Source of the DNA: Raillietiella orientalis
Taxonomy: Eukaryota
Assembly (NCBI GenBank): GCA_036172245.1
Contig: JAYWIR010000037.1
Span: forward strand, 124,001 to 188,000
DNA length: 64,000 bases
Direction: 5' to 3'
Part shown: piece after piece, positions 62,206 to 64,000 of the stretch
Layout of the letters: each line of letters starts with the position of its first letter
Position numbering within the stretch: position 1 is the stretch's first letter
Notes under the pieces: generated by a model
What the model was told of the DNA's origin: nothing
Databases searched by the model: none
What the model saw: the letters and a program-made list of their open reading frames with translations, nothing else
Translations under genes and position numbers: made by a program

Positions 62206-63565
62206 GATTTCAAGATTTGAAAATGGAAACGACAAAAGAAAACGAAGACTTCACCATTCTGAATTTAGTTGAGGACAAATACAATAATTATGACAAAGAG
62301 GGTGCATACTCTCCTATATATAATGGTAATCAAGAACATGTATCAGAACACATGGTTTCCTGTGCCCATGTGACTGAGTTAGTCCATCAGGTTTGTTGCA
62401 TTTGCCGTTTTGTACTCATGCAATTCAAATATGGCAAAATATCTGTCACTCAAAGAGTTTGTTCTGTTTCCATTAGTTGGAAAGAAATGTGACACGTAAT
62501 GTCCTCAAGATGATTCATTCTGCCTTAGGAAGTTCTTTAAAGGGATTAAGCCACTCTAAGCATTCAAAAAGTCTAGATAAGAGGTACGTATTTGTCTTTC
62601 TAGTACATCATTTGCTTACCTTGAGTTTTTTTTTTTTTTTAAAAAAATCATTAGAACAGATTTTCCATTGATGGCATCAAAAAAACATAAGAAACGCTTA
62701 ATGAAGATGTTGCTGGCACAGAATGAGAGTCTAGAAAATGTGCACTTGACTGGTGCAAGACTCCTTGCCATGAAAATATCTGATTCCATCTCGAATTTAC
62801 CAATGATGAACGCTTCTTTGGTTTTGAGTGATTCGAAGGATTTTTTAACCATGTTGCACCCAGGGGCATCTTTCCAATTTACGTGGAAGGTGCGAAATAC
62901 TGGGAATATACCTTGGACTGCCCAGGTAAGTTGAAAGTGGAAGCAGATAATGGATTTTAGACCATTTGTTGAATAAGACTTATCTGATCTGCACAGACAG
63001 CAGTTATGAAAACTTAAAGCCCCACATGCAATGCGTTTGTTGTCCTTTATTGCTTCCTCGTGAAGAAGGGAATATATCTGTCAGTCTCCAGGTTATGAGT
63101 ATGTAGAGAGAAGCTTTTGTGGCCAGATGATTGCATTTAACATTTTAGGTACTGGGGACTGTTTGCAGTCACATTGGCGTTTCTACAAAGAAGGATGCTT
63201 CTTTGGGGATGAGCTCGTTTGCATGGTGGCGTCTAAAAGACTTACTACTTCTCCAAATCGTAGTAGCATAACAAAGGATCAAAGTGCAAACATAGCAACA
63301 GCACCACCTGCTTTTGGTAAGGTTTCTGTGACCCACGTTTTCTGAGTTTACAGGTTTCTCTTCAGCAGCAGTACAGAAAGAAAAGGAAGCAAACGAACAC
63401 AAATATATGGATAATCCCACTCTTTTAAAACAGGAAGTGCCCAACTTTTTCTCACAACTGCGAACGCTGACTGAAATGGGTTTCACAGATTTTGATCGCA
63501 CTGTGGATTGCCTTGTCAAGCATGGTGGGGACATCACCAAAGCAATGGAAGAGTTGATACTTTGA
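62206..63565 (+). CDS. NBR1-like protein: FW (Ig-like) domain plus C-terminal UBA domain; 5' end unresolved
   Basis: Phase-consistent exons 62206 (ATG at 62223)-62390, 62477-62583, 62655-62925, 62978-63098, 63149-63316, 63366 (or 63354)-63565; 344 aa from ATG 62223. FW-domain signature PGASFQFTWKVRNTGNIPW...PREEGNISV...SHWRF...FFGDEL; UBA signature LRTLTEMGFTDFDRTVDCLVKHGGDITKAMEEL. AATAAA at 63613. Confidence 0.78.
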
Positions 63566-63612
63566 AGTTGATCAGAAATTCAGAAAATTGTGATTATTAA
63601 GTTAGGCATTTT

Positions 63613-63618
63613 AATAAA
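63613..63618 (+). promoter_or_regulatory. Candidate polyadenylation signal of the NBR1-like gene
   Basis: AATAAA about 48 nt after the TGA ending at 63565. Confidence 0.5.
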
Positions 63619-64000
63619 GCACATGCTGCATGTGGTCAAGTCTTGTTATTGCATCTTAGTAATTTGCTTTACTCTGATGATAATAAAGAGGAGTAGAGTT
63701 TCAGTTTAAAAGTTTGGAAAGTCTTTGCGGTTGGCACTTGTTTGAATAATCCGAAATGAATAAGAATCCGACTAGTTCTGGTATTGAATCAGGATGGAAG
63801 GAGAAATCCAGTAGAAATATTTTTTCTGCAGAATATTCTTCAGAGTGTAATTAGGTGTAACCATTAACTCATCAGTAAGTTTTCGAAAGCCAGCTGGGGA
63901 ATTTGGAAGCAACAGCATTTTGATTCCGAACGGAAACTGACTCTTTTTGGAATAATCGTTCCTGGTAACAGTGAATGGATTGCCCTCACAAAGGGATAGG

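Overview
Eukaryotic (invertebrate animal, probably ecdysozoan) genomic DNA with spliceosomal GT-AG introns; no prokaryotic features, CRISPR array, rRNA or intact tRNA were seen. Three host genes can be assembled by hand: a 15-exon SLC15/PepT1-type proton-coupled oligopeptide transporter (+, 13710-24825), a klumpfuss-type C2H2 zinc-finger transcription factor (-, 35826-37450, one intron), and a compact NBR1-like FW+UBA protein (+, ~62206-63565, 5' end unresolved). The first ~9 kb is a nest of decayed L1/Tx1-like LINEs mixed with a tRNA-headed SINE-like repeat, which recurs at 52.4-53.2 kb. 44.8-55 kb holds heavily decayed Gypsy-like pol fragments, and 59.6-61 kb is a decayed CR1/L2-like RT piece between inverted repeats. 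The centre (~16-42 kb) is very GC/CpG-rich, the flanks AT-rich. Best leads: a LINE family whose copies end without a poly(A) tail in AATAAA plus a conserved CCGG-N5-CCGG hairpin (one copy inserted into the SINE with an 11-bp TSD); a possible fossil CRESS-virus Rep (speculative); and the NBR1-like gene. All alignments, identities and motif calls were made by eye; no searches were run.
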